Below, piece after piece: positions 57,021 to 64,000 of a stretch of 64,000 nt of DNA; the stretch's first letter is position 1, and every line of letters begins with the position of its first letter. Position numbers and translations under genes: made by a program. Under the pieces are notes generated by a model. It did no database searches. It saw only the letters and a list, made by a program, of their open reading frames with translations, and was not told the DNA's origin. Location: the NCBI GenBank assembly GCA_017507215.1, contig JAFWBI010000004.1:19617-83616 (forward strand). The letters are read 5' to 3'. The stretch is from Clostridia bacterium (GTDB lineage: Bacteria > Bacillota > Clostridia > Christensenellales > UBA1242).

Positions 57021-59555
57021 ATGTCTAACAAACTTGTCGTTATCGATGGTAATAGCATTTTTTATCGTTCGTTTTATGCGCTTCCACTTTTGGCCAACTC
57101 TCAAGGGGAATATTCAAATGCTGTTTATGGTTTTGCAATTCAAATTTTGCATATCATTCAAAACATAAAACCGAAGTATATTGCTGTTGCTTTTGATGTT
57201 TCAAAAAAGACTTTCAGAAATAATATTTATGCAGATTATAAGGGAACAAGAAAACCTATGCCAGATGAGCTTAGAAGTCAAATTGTTCCGCTTAAGAAAA
57301 TGTTGTCGCTTATGAATGTGAAATGTGTTGAAAAAGAAGGCATTGAAGGTGATGACATTATTGGAATTATCTCAAAAAGATTTTTAGATACAGAAACAAT
57401 TATTGTGACTGGAGATAGAGATACTTTTCAGCTTGTTGATGACACCACGAAAGTATACTTCACAAAAAAAGGAACTAGTGACCTTAAGATAATGGGTGAA
57501 AAGGAACTTAGGGAAGAGTATGGTGTTTCGCCAAAAGAGTTTATTGACCTTAAGGCGCTTCAGGGAGATTCGTCAGATAATATTCCTGGGGTTGCAGGTG
57601 TTGGACCAAAGACTGCAACTGACTTGATTCAAAAATATGGAAGCATTGAAAATTTATATGAGCATATAGACGAACTTTCAGGAAAACTTAAAGAGAAACT
57701 TGAAACAAACAAAGACAACGCATTTATGTCAAAAGAGCTTGCAACGATTCTTACAAAAGGTGACCTTGAAATAACTCTTAAAGAGTGTGAATATGATTAT
57801 CCATTTTCAGCACCAGTTTATGACTATTTTAAACAATATGAGTTTAGAACACTGCTTAAAAATGAAGATATTTTCGATATGTCAAAAGGTGAAAAAAGTC
57901 AAATTGTTTATGATGTTAAAAATTATTCAAAAAAAGAAGAATTGCAAAATGTGAAAGATTTGATTGAAAAAACTGGCAAATTTGCATACTTTTTCAATAA
58001 AAATGAAATTCATTTTGCGATAAATAGTGAAGAAGTTTTATTCAACACTTCAAACGATTTGCTTGGAGAGCTTGAAGCAAACTATTTCTTTGATTTCTTT
58101 AGAGATGTGTTTGAATCAAATGATATTGAAAAAATATGTTTTGATTCGAAACAAGATATGTATTATTTGAAACAATTTGGAATTGAACTCAATAATTATT
58201 TTGATGCATCTATTGCAAAATATTTGGTTGATGGAACTCCTGTTGATGCTGTGCATGATGTGTTTTTTGAAGATGATGTGACCTTTATTGCTTGCAATCT
58301 TCTTCAGTTTTATGGTGAATATAAAAAGAAAATTGAAGATGAAAAACTGCAATTTTTGTTTAAAAAAGTTGAAATTCCATTGTCAAAAGTGCTTTTTAGT
58401 ATGGAAAATCAGGGTTTTAAGGTTGATGTTGATATTTTGGAAACTTTAAAACAAAAATATAATTTAGAACTTAAAGAACTTGAAAAACAGATATATAAAC
58501 TTGCAGGTGAAGAGTTTAACATAAATTCTCCAAAGCAACTTGCGCATGTGCTTTATGATAATCTTGGTCTTGCTCACAACAAAAAGCAATCCACTTCTGC
58601 CGACAAACTTGAAGAACTTAAAGATGACCATGAAATTATTAGATATATTTTGAGATTCAGAAAAGTTGCAAAATTTTTGAATACTTATGTGACAGGAATT
58701 TACCCACACGTTGATAGAAACAATTTGATTCACACATATTTCAAGCAAACTCTCACAACAACAGGAAGACTATCTTCGGTTGAACCAAATTTGCAAAACA
58801 TTCCAATCAGGTCAGAAGAAAGCAAAGAAATTCGAAGCATGTTTGTTGCTCGTGACAAAGACCATGTTTTGATTGATGCAGACTATTCACAAATTGAGCT
58901 TAGAATCTTGGCTCATATGAGCGAAGATGAAATTTTTGTGAACGCATTTAAAAATGGTGAAGACATTCACACAAAAACTGCTAGCAATGTTTTTGGTGTG
59001 CCAGAAAGTGAAGTTTCTAAAGATATGAGAAGAATGGCAAAAGTTGTCAACTTTGGAATCATTTATGGCATTAGTGAATATGGTCTTGCAGATGATTTGA
59101 AGATTAAAGCCTTTGAAGCAAGAAAGTTTATTGAAAACTTTTATGCGTCACACCCAGCTGTTGGTGACTTTATGAAAAACGCTATTGAAAAGGCAAGAGA
59201 GACTGGTGTTGCTGAAACGCTTTTTGGAAGAAAGAGAAAAATGTTTGACATAAAAGCAACAAACTTCATGGTTAGGTCAAGAGCTGAAAGGGCAAGTCAA
59301 AATATGCCACTTCAGGGAACAGCTGCTGACATTATCAAGATTGCGATGGTCAACACTTATAACGCTCTTGAGATGGGTGGTTTTAAAGCAAAACTTATTA
59401 TGCAGGTTCATGACGAACTTATTATTGATTGTCCGATTGAAGAAAAAGATGCTGTTTGCAAACTTTTGAAAGAGCAAATGGAAAGTGCTGTCAGCCTTTC
59501 GGTTCCACTTGACGTTGATGTTGCTTGCAGCTATAGATGGAGTGATGGGCACTAA
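57021..59555 (+). CDS. polA: DNA polymerase I
   Basis: 5'-nuclease domain (GDRDTFQL, ALQGDSSDNIPGV). Pol motifs DYSQIELRILAH, RRMAKVVNFGIIYG, QVHDEL. The central exonuclease-like domain lacks an obvious DxE motif. Confidence 0.97.
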   Translation: MSNKLVVIDGNSIFYRSFYALPLLANSQGEYSNAVYGFAIQILHIIQNIKPKYIAVAFDVSKKTFRNNIYADYKGTRKPMPDELRSQIVPLKKMLSLMNVKCVEKEGIEGDDIIGIISKRFLDTETIIVTGDRDTFQLVDDTTKVYFTKKGTSDLKIMGEKELREEYGVSPKEFIDLKALQGDSSDNIPGVAGVGPKTATDLIQKYGSIENLYEHIDELSGKLKEKLETNKDNAFMSKELATILTKGDLEITLKECEYDYPFSAPVYDYFKQYEFRTLLKNEDIFDMSKGEKSQIVYDVKNYSKKEELQNVKDLIEKTGKFAYFFNKNEIHFAINSEEVLFNTSNDLLGELEANYFFDFFRDVFESNDIEKICFDSKQDMYYLKQFGIELNNYFDASIAKYLVDGTPVDAVHDVFFEDDVTFIACNLLQFYGEYKKKIEDEKLQFLFKKVEIPLSKVLFSMENQGFKVDVDILETLKQKYNLELKELEKQIYKLAGEEFNINSPKQLAHVLYDNLGLAHNKKQSTSADKLEELKDDHEIIRYILRFRKVAKFLNTYVTGIYPHVDRNNLIHTYFKQTLTTTGRLSSVEPNLQNIPIRSEESKEIRSMFVARDKDHVLIDADYSQIELRILAHMSEDEIFVNAFKNGEDIHTKTASNVFGVPESEVSKDMRRMAKVVNFGIIYGISEYGLADDLKIKAFEARKFIENFYASHPAVGDFMKNAIEKARETGVAETLFGRKRKMFDIKATNFMVRSRAERASQNMPLQGTAADIIKIAMVNTYNALEMGGFKAKLIMQVHDELIIDCPIEEKDAVCKLLKEQMESAVSLSVPLDVDVACSYRWSDGH

Positions 59556-59569
59556 TAAACTTGAAAGAA

Positions 59570-59597
59570 AAAGTCAACAGAAATGTTGGCTTTTTAT
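59570..59597 (+). terminator. intrinsic terminator
   Basis: AGTCAACA-gaaa-TGTTGGCT followed by a T-run. Confidence 0.5.
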
Positions 59598-59630
59598 TTT
59601 TGAAAAATTTTGCGCATAATATATAGATAT

Positions 59631-60149
59631 ATGAAAAAGTGGATTTTTGTTTTGTTTGGTTTGATTTGTGTTGCTTCTTTCTGTTTGTTTGTGATTATGA
59701 ATTTTTTTCTAATAAGAAAAGATTACAGTTATTTTGTTGAGAAATATTCAGCTGAATATGGTCTTGAAGAAGAGTTCGTTTTTGCAGTGATTAAAGCTGA
59801 GAGTGATTTTCAAGAAAAGGCTATTTCAAAATCTGGAGCTCTTGGTCTTATGCAAATTATTCCGTCAACAGCAAAGTGGATTTCTAGTGAGTTTGATGAA
59901 ACTTATTCAAAAGATAGGCTCTTGACTGCTGAAGTGAATATTAAATATGGTTGCTTTTATTTGAAATATTTGTTTTCTAAATTCGAAAATCAAGATGCAG
60001 TGACCTGTGCATATAATGCAGGGGAAACGGTGGTTCGTGGTTGGCTTGATGAAAATGGCGAGATTGATGAAGGGAAGATTGAGTATGAAGAAACACGAGT
60101 TTATCTTGAAAGAGTGCGAAAGTTTTATCAAATGTATAAAACAAAATAA
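59631..60149 (+). CDS. membrane-anchored lytic transglycosylase (SLT domain)
   Basis: FAVIKAESDFQEKAISKSGALGLMQIIPSTAKW, AYNAGE. Start either the ATG at 59631 or the TTG at 59610. Confidence 0.7.
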   Translation: MKKWIFVLFGLICVASFCLFVIMNFFLIRKDYSYFVEKYSAEYGLEEEFVFAVIKAESDFQEKAISKSGALGLMQIIPSTAKWISSEFDETYSKDRLLTAEVNIKYGCFYLKYLFSKFENQDAVTCAYNAGETVVRGWLDENGEIDEGKIEYEETRVYLERVRKFYQMYKTK

Positions 60150-60227
60150 AATTTCCTTAAATAAGTTTTTGGTGTTCTTGACAATGATTTGAGTTTTCTT
60201 ATATAATGATTTTGTTTAGGAGATATT

Positions 60228-60626
60228 ATGGTAGATATTTATACATTTGAGATTCACAGCTTAGAGTTTGAAAGAATTCTTTCAGGAAAGAAAACAGCAC
60301 AACTTTTGGTTAATGATTCAAAACACAAAGACTATGCCGTTGGAAACAAAATTACTTTTAAAAGAAGTTTGGAAGAATTGACAGAAGATGAACAAAAACT
60401 TTTAAACAAAGGCAAACTTGTGACAGAAATTGATGCAACCATTATGAATTTGCTTTATTTCAATGATTTTATTGAAGCTGTCAACACTCTTGGAAAGGAA
60501 AGTTGTGGATTTAAGTCAAGTGCTACTATCGAAAAAACATCAGATTTGTTTTTGGCAGAAGATTCTTATGAAGCTGTTGAAAAATATGGAATTGTCGCTC
60601 TTGTGTTTGAACCTGTGAAAAAGTAA
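60228..60626 (+). CDS. ASCH-domain-like protein
   Basis: YTFEIHSLEFERILSGKKTAQLLVND...YAVGNKITFKR resembles the ASCH N-terminal beta-barrel pattern. Confidence 0.5.
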   Translation: MVDIYTFEIHSLEFERILSGKKTAQLLVNDSKHKDYAVGNKITFKRSLEELTEDEQKLLNKGKLVTEIDATIMNLLYFNDFIEAVNTLGKESCGFKSSATIEKTSDLFLAEDSYEAVEKYGIVALVFEPVKK

Positions 60627-60681
60627 AATAGGGAAGAAATAAAAAATTTGACAAAAAATTTAAAAATTTTTATAAAAACAC

Positions 60682-60710
60682 TAGACAAATTTAAAATTTA
60701 AGATTATACT
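60682..60710 (+). promoter_or_regulatory. promoter of tRNA-Leu
   Basis: TAGACA, 17-nt spacer, TATACT. The pre-tRNA leader contains the hairpin GTAATTT-gaaa-AAATTAC. Confidence 0.45.
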
Positions 60711-60744
60711 TAGTTTCGTAATTTGAAAAAATTACAACTCCCTT

Positions 60745-60828
60745 GCGAGGATGGCGGAATGGCAGACGCGATCGTTTAAGGGGCGGTTTCCGAAAGGAGT
60801 GAGGGTTCGACCCCCTTTCCTCGCACCA
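60745..60828 (+). tRNA. tRNA-Leu, best fold gives anticodon AAG (class II, encoded CCA)
   Basis: Acceptor stem GCGAGGA/TCCTCGC, discriminator A, CCA. D arm GCGG-AATGGCAGA-CGC. Anticodon arm ATCGT-TTAAGGG-GCGGT. Long variable arm TTCC-GAAA-GGAG. T arm GAGGG-TTCGACC-CCCTT. Confidence 0.85.
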
Positions 60829-60862
60829 AAAAAATCCCAGCACATTGTGTTGGGATTTTTTA
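60829..60862 (+). terminator. intrinsic terminator after tRNA-Leu
   Basis: ATCCCAGCAC-att-GTGTTGGGAT followed by T6. Confidence 0.65.
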
Positions 60863-60880
60863 TTGTCTAAAAATAAAATT

Positions 60881-60950
60881 TGAAGAAAAAATAAAACCCA
60901 TGACCAAATATTAGATGCCATGGGTAAAAGAAAATATTTTGCTTTTGTGT
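60881..60950 (-). ncRNA. candidate small RNA unit 3 (promoter plus terminator-delimited)
   Basis: Minus strand: TTGATG (60980-60985), 17-nt spacer, TATAAT (60957-60962). About 30-nt 5' tail containing ACAAAAGC, then ACCCATG...CATGGGT hairpin followed by UUUUAUUUUUU. Confidence 0.3.
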
Positions 60951-60992
60951 ATTTCTATTATATGTAATAAAAATATAAACATCAATATTTTG

Positions 60993-61066
60993 CAATAAAA
61001 AAATCAATCCTATATTTTGGCGTTTCCACCGAGTTCCTTTAAACAAGTAAAGGCTTTTGGATTGAT
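60993..61066 (-). ncRNA. candidate small RNA unit 1 (three-way-junction fold)
   Basis: Minus strand: TTGACT (61096-61101), 17-nt spacer, TACAAT (61073-61078). RNA AUCAAUCC-AAAAG-CCUUUA(cuuguu)UAAAGG-AACUC-GGUG(GAAA)CGCC-AAAAUAUA-GGAUUGAU followed by U7. Confidence 0.4.
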
Positions 61067-61109
61067 GAAATCATTGTATGTCAAAACACATAAAAAGTCA
61101 ATATCATGC

Positions 61110-61174
61110 AATAAAAAAATCAACCCTTGCTGTGTTACCACAATATAATCGTCTTTTGGACTTGGTTGATTTAT
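61110..61174 (-). ncRNA. candidate small RNA unit 2 (paralogue of unit 1)
   Basis: Minus strand: TTAACT (61204-61209), 17-nt spacer, TATAAT (61181-61186). RNA AUCAACC-AA-GUC(CAAAA)GAC-GAUUAUAU-UGUG(GUAA)CACA-GCAAG-GGUUGAU followed by U7. Confidence 0.4.
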
Positions 61175-61292
61175 GGTTATATTATATATTGCAAATATAA
61201 GTTAGTTAATAATTGAAACAAAGAATATTAATTTATTTGCCAAACTTGTTTTAGATTTGTTATATTTGACATAGATTTATTGGGGGAAGATT

Positions 61293-61721
61293 ATGGAATT
61301 AACAAAAAAAGATAAAGAACTTATCGAAATTGCAACAGAAGTTGTGAAGTCAAATTCTGACCTTTATGAACATCTTGGAATGCACGTGGGTGCTGCTGTT
61401 CGTGCAAAGTCTGGAAAGATTTATAAGGGAATAAACATCAACACTTCTCATTCAATTTGTGCTGAACAAGTTGCAATGGGTCAAGCATTTGCTTGTGGTG
61501 AGCGTGACCTTGAAGCAATGGTTTCAGTGAAAATGAATAACGATGGTTCGGTTCGTGTGGTTTCACCATGTGGGCTTTGCAGATATACATTTGATAAGTT
61601 TAATGATAGCTTTGATGTTATTTTGGAAGATATTGAAACTGGTGAAATTTTGAAAGTTGATTCACTTGAGCTTTTGCCATATCCTTACAAAAGAGAGTCT
61701 TTACACAAAAAGAAAGTCTAA
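61293..61721 (+). CDS. cdd: cytidine deaminase family protein (homotetrameric CDA / blasticidin-S deaminase type)
   Basis: GAAVRAKSGKIYKGININ...HSICAEQVAMG...VSPCGLCR zinc-binding motifs. 142 aa. RBS GGGGGAAG. Confidence 0.7.
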   Translation: MELTKKDKELIEIATEVVKSNSDLYEHLGMHVGAAVRAKSGKIYKGININTSHSICAEQVAMGQAFACGERDLEAMVSVKMNNDGSVRVVSPCGLCRYTFDKFNDSFDVILEDIETGEILKVDSLELLPYPYKRESLHKKKV

Positions 61722-61791
61722 ACATAGAAAATATGACCATTGACAAATTGTTTTTAAGTTGATAAAATTGGTTTAGAAATAGGGGGTGTTT

Positions 61792-62136
61792 ATGGTTAGT
61801 GTTAAAAAGTATAGAAGGTTTGATTTAAAACCAAAAAAAGAAGAAAAACCTGTGGTTTATGGAACAAGATGCCCTTGCTGTGGTTCTGATTTGGAATTTA
61901 CTTCTGCAGATTTAAATCAAGATGTGACACATGGTTCATATGTTGAAAAAGGAAGAAGATTTTCAACAACAGATGTTTCACCTTATTATATTCTTTGTCC
62001 GGTTGATGGAACAAGAATTGAGCTTGGCAGAGATACTGACGAATTTATCCATTTAATCAAAAATAAGAAGCAGAGAGAATCTGCGAGAAAGTCTTATGAT
62101 GAACGCATGGAAGCATTGTATGGCTATGATGATTAA
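61792..62136 (+). CDS. hypothetical small zinc-ribbon-like protein
   Basis: CPCCGSDLEF...ILCPVDGTRIE. ATG at 61792, 5 nt after AGGGGG. Confidence 0.45.
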   Translation: MVSVKKYRRFDLKPKKEEKPVVYGTRCPCCGSDLEFTSADLNQDVTHGSYVEKGRRFSTTDVSPYYILCPVDGTRIELGRDTDEFIHLIKNKKQRESARKSYDERMEALYGYDD

Positions 62137-62143
62137 ATAAATT

Positions 62144-62170
62144 AAACTTTGGAATTTTCCAAAGTTTTTT
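62144..62170 (+). terminator. intrinsic terminator
   Basis: AAACTTTGG-aatttt-CCAAAGTTT followed by TTT. Confidence 0.65.
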
Positions 62171-62199
62171 CTTTGAAAAATAAATAATGCCGAAAAATA

Positions 62200-62392
62200 T
62201 TGACATAAAAAATTTATAAGAGTATATTTAGATTATGGTAATTAATTTTAAAGAAGCACAACAACAACGATAGGCTGTGTGTGAAAGCACACAGGCATTT
62301 TTGTTGCTTGTGAATATCAAACCACCAAGCAACAAATGTTTGGTGGTTTTTTATTTGAAAATTTGCTTAATTAAATCAAGGGGATTATATTC
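62200..62392 (+). promoter_or_regulatory. metG promoter plus terminator/antiterminator leader (not a recognisable T-box)
   Basis: TTGACA (62200-62205), 17-nt spacer, TATATT (62223-62228). Hairpin CTGTGTG-tgaaag-CACACAG (62275-62294). 11-bp alternative stem 62300-62310 / 62326-62336. Terminator AAACCACCAA / TTGGTGGTTT (62319-62328 / 62340-62349) followed by a T-run. Confidence 0.45.
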
Positions 62393-64000
62393 ATGGATAG
62401 TTCAAAAATGAAAGAAATTTTAGAGAGAATGAAGGCAAACAGACCAAAGTTTCCAAAACGTGCGATTGTGACTGCTGGTATGCCTTATGGAAACAAAGAA
62501 CTTCATTATGGCCACGTTTGTGGAATGTTTGTTTATGCAGACTTTTTTGCAAGGTTTTTGAAAGATAAACTTGGAAAAGAAAATGTTATTTTTGTTTCAG
62601 GAACAGACTGCTATGGTTCGCCAGCTCTCGAAACTTATAGAAAAAGAAAGGCTGAAGGCTATGACAAGTCTATTTTTGACATGGTTTTGGAATATAACAA
62701 AAAGCATGTTGAAACACTCAAAAAATATGAAATTGGTTTAGACCATTTTGAAGGTTCTGCTATTGGCGAATCTGCTGAAATGCACAAAAAAGTTAGTGAA
62801 GAAATCTTTGATAAGCTTTATGAAAATGGCACACTTTCAAAGCTTTCAACTTATCAATTTTATGACACAACTGCAAAGTGTTTTTTAAACGGAAGACAGG
62901 TTGTTGGAAAGTGTCCTATTGATGGTTGTAAATCTGAAAAGGGTTATGCTGATGAATGTGATTTGGGTCACCAATATACTCCAGAAGAACTCATTGACCC
63001 AGTGTCTACAATTTCAGGAACAAAACCTGAGCTTAGAAAGATTGAAAACTGGTATTTTAATTTGCAAAACTACACAGAACTTTTAAAGGGTTGGATTGAA
63101 AAACTTGAAAAAGAAACACCAACTCGTGATTTTGTGACAAAAGAAATTAAAGAATTTTTGAAAAAACCTGAAATTTATATCAAGAAAGACTTTATGGCTG
63201 AATTTGAAAAACTTGCGCCAAGTCTTCCAAAATTCACTCAGATTGAAGATAAGAGCAAGGCAAGTTTTGTTATAGAGTTTGAGTCACTTTCTGACCGTGA
63301 AAAAGCGTGTGAGATTTTGTCTGGAAAGGCTGCTGCTTCTTGGGAAAAGAGCGAAGTTGCTCCTGAAGATAAGGTTGAACCTATTTCTGCTGGTGCGATT
63401 AGATATAGAACAGGAAAGACACTTGTTCCTTTCCGTTTGTCTGGAAACATTGATTGGGGCGTTCCAGTGCCTGAAAAAGAAGGGCTTGGAGATTTGACAT
63501 TCTATGTTTGGCCAGAATCACTTTGGGCTCCAATTTCATTCTCTAGAACCTTTATGAAGAAAAAAGGTATGGCTGATGATGAATGGAAGAACTGGTGGTG
63601 CAGCAAAGACGCCAAAGTTTATCAAGTGCTTGGCGAAGATAACATTTATTTCTATGGTCCAGCACAACATGCTATGTGGCTTGCAACTCAAGATGGAGAA
63701 CCAGTTGTTGATGCTCCAGAAGGAAAACTTCAAATCAGTCAACTTATTGTAAACAAGCATTCGCTCTTTATGGGCAATAAGGCAAGCTCGTCTGGCTCAA
63801 TTAAACCACCAATGGCAAACGAACTTTTAGACCATTATACTCACGAGCAATTAAGAGCACATTTCTTGGCGCTTAACGTTGGAAACACGTCATCTTCATT
63901 TAATCCAAAGGTTTATAATCCAGATGCAGACCCTAATGAAGTTGACCCTGTTGTTAAAGATGGCAACTTGCTTACAAATGTTTACAACAGAACGCTTAGA
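62393..64000 (+). CDS. metG: methionine--tRNA ligase (3'-truncated by the window edge)
   Basis: Open frame of 536 codons running to the window end, so it is absent from the ORF track (no stop). AIVTAGMPYGNKELHYGHVCG (HIGH-type motif), zinc knuckle GKCPIDGCKSEKGYADECDLGH, GNIDWGVPVP, KMSKS position reads GNKASSSGS. Confidence 0.85.
   Translation, partial: MDSSKMKEILERMKANRPKFPKRAIVTAGMPYGNKELHYGHVCGMFVYADFFARFLKDKLGKENVIFVSGTDCYGSPALETYRKRKAEGYDKSIFDMVLEYNKKHVETLKKYEIGLDHFEGSAIGESAEMHKKVSEEIFDKLYENGTLSKLSTYQFYDTTAKCFLNGRQVVGKCPIDGCKSEKGYADECDLGHQYTPEELIDPVSTISGTKPELRKIENWYFNLQNYTELLKGWIEKLEKETPTRDFVTKEIKEFLKKPEIYIKKDFMAEFEKLAPSLPKFTQIEDKSKASFVIEFESLSDREKACEILSGKAAASWEKSEVAPEDKVEPISAGAIRYRTGKTLVPFRLSGNIDWGVPVPEKEGLGDLTFYVWPESLWAPISFSRTFMKKKGMADDEWKNWWCSKDAKVYQVLGEDNIYFYGPAQHAMWLATQDGEPVVDAPEGKLQISQLIVNKHSLFMGNKASSSGSIKPPMANELLDHYTHEQLRAHFLALNVGNTSSSFNPKVYNPDADPNEVDPVVKDGNLLTNVYNRTLR

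Noticed and set aside
60691-60921. 76-aa minus-strand ORF (MASNIWSWVLFFLQILF...) that looks like a hydrophobic type-I-toxin-like peptide
   Set aside because: Its ATG is buried in the terminator hairpin of candidate sRNA unit 3. The frame runs through the U-tract and antisense through tRNA-Leu and its promoter. There is no RBS.
61003-61066. Plus-strand reading of unit 1 as a purine-type riboswitch (P1, then UAUA, then GUUUCCACC resembling GUUUCUACC) upstream of cdd
   Set aside because: There is no P2/L2 (AUAUGG) and no CCGUAAA L3 element. One helix has a C-A mismatch on the plus strand. A-runs precede the stems rather than following them. A plausible cdd promoter (TTGCCA-17-TATATT, 61247-61275) lies downstream of the element.
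61065-61148. 27-codon plus-strand frame MKSLYVKTHKKSISCNKKINPCCVTTI
   Set aside because: It has no convincing Shine-Dalgarno sequence and spans a minus-strand promoter/terminator junction. The minus-strand promoter, GNRA loop and terminator signals explain the conservation better. It was kept only as a remote alternative.
60829-61292. Genomic island or integrase downstream of tRNA-Leu
   Set aside because: No integrase, no direct repeat of the tRNA 3' end and no foreign-looking genes are present. Flanking genes (ASCH, cdd) have the same composition as the rest of the window.

Overview
AT-rich Bacillota (Firmicutes-type) core chromosome, densely packed with about 60 genes. No CRISPR array, transposase, integrase or prophage signature is visible. 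Confidently recognised housekeeping genes are guaA, recX, lgt, groES-groEL, sepF, glyQS (with a clear Gly T-box leader), uvrB-uvrA, rplU-prp-rpmA, ppa, polA, a flotillin-like floA, an OGG-type glycosylase, a cytidine deaminase and a 3'-truncated metG. The block mreB / minD-minE / M50 protease / rplU-prp-rpmA follows the classic Firmicutes gene order. The unusual content, in rough order of interest: (1) a five-gene Rnf-derived operon (C-D-E-A-B order) that lacks rnfG and has lost the recognisable flavin/NADH motifs and the membrane-subunit cysteines; (2) three tandem promoter-to-terminator mini transcription units on the minus strand between tRNA-Leu and cdd, which are candidate paralogous small RNAs; (3) a class II tRNA-Leu whose best fold gives the rare A34 anticodon AAG; (4) a terminator/antiterminator leader upstream of metG that has no T-box core; (5) a 2077-aa membrane-anchored surface protein with four jelly-roll (CBM-like) modules, and an 1159-aa repeat plus coiled-coil protein; (6) a GGGtGRT/NifU-like pair, a TSUP transporter split into two half-size genes, and MreB-like and Ppx/GppA-like proteins with substituted ASKHA nucleotide-binding motifs. 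All calls come from reading the translations and the sequence by eye. No database search was run.
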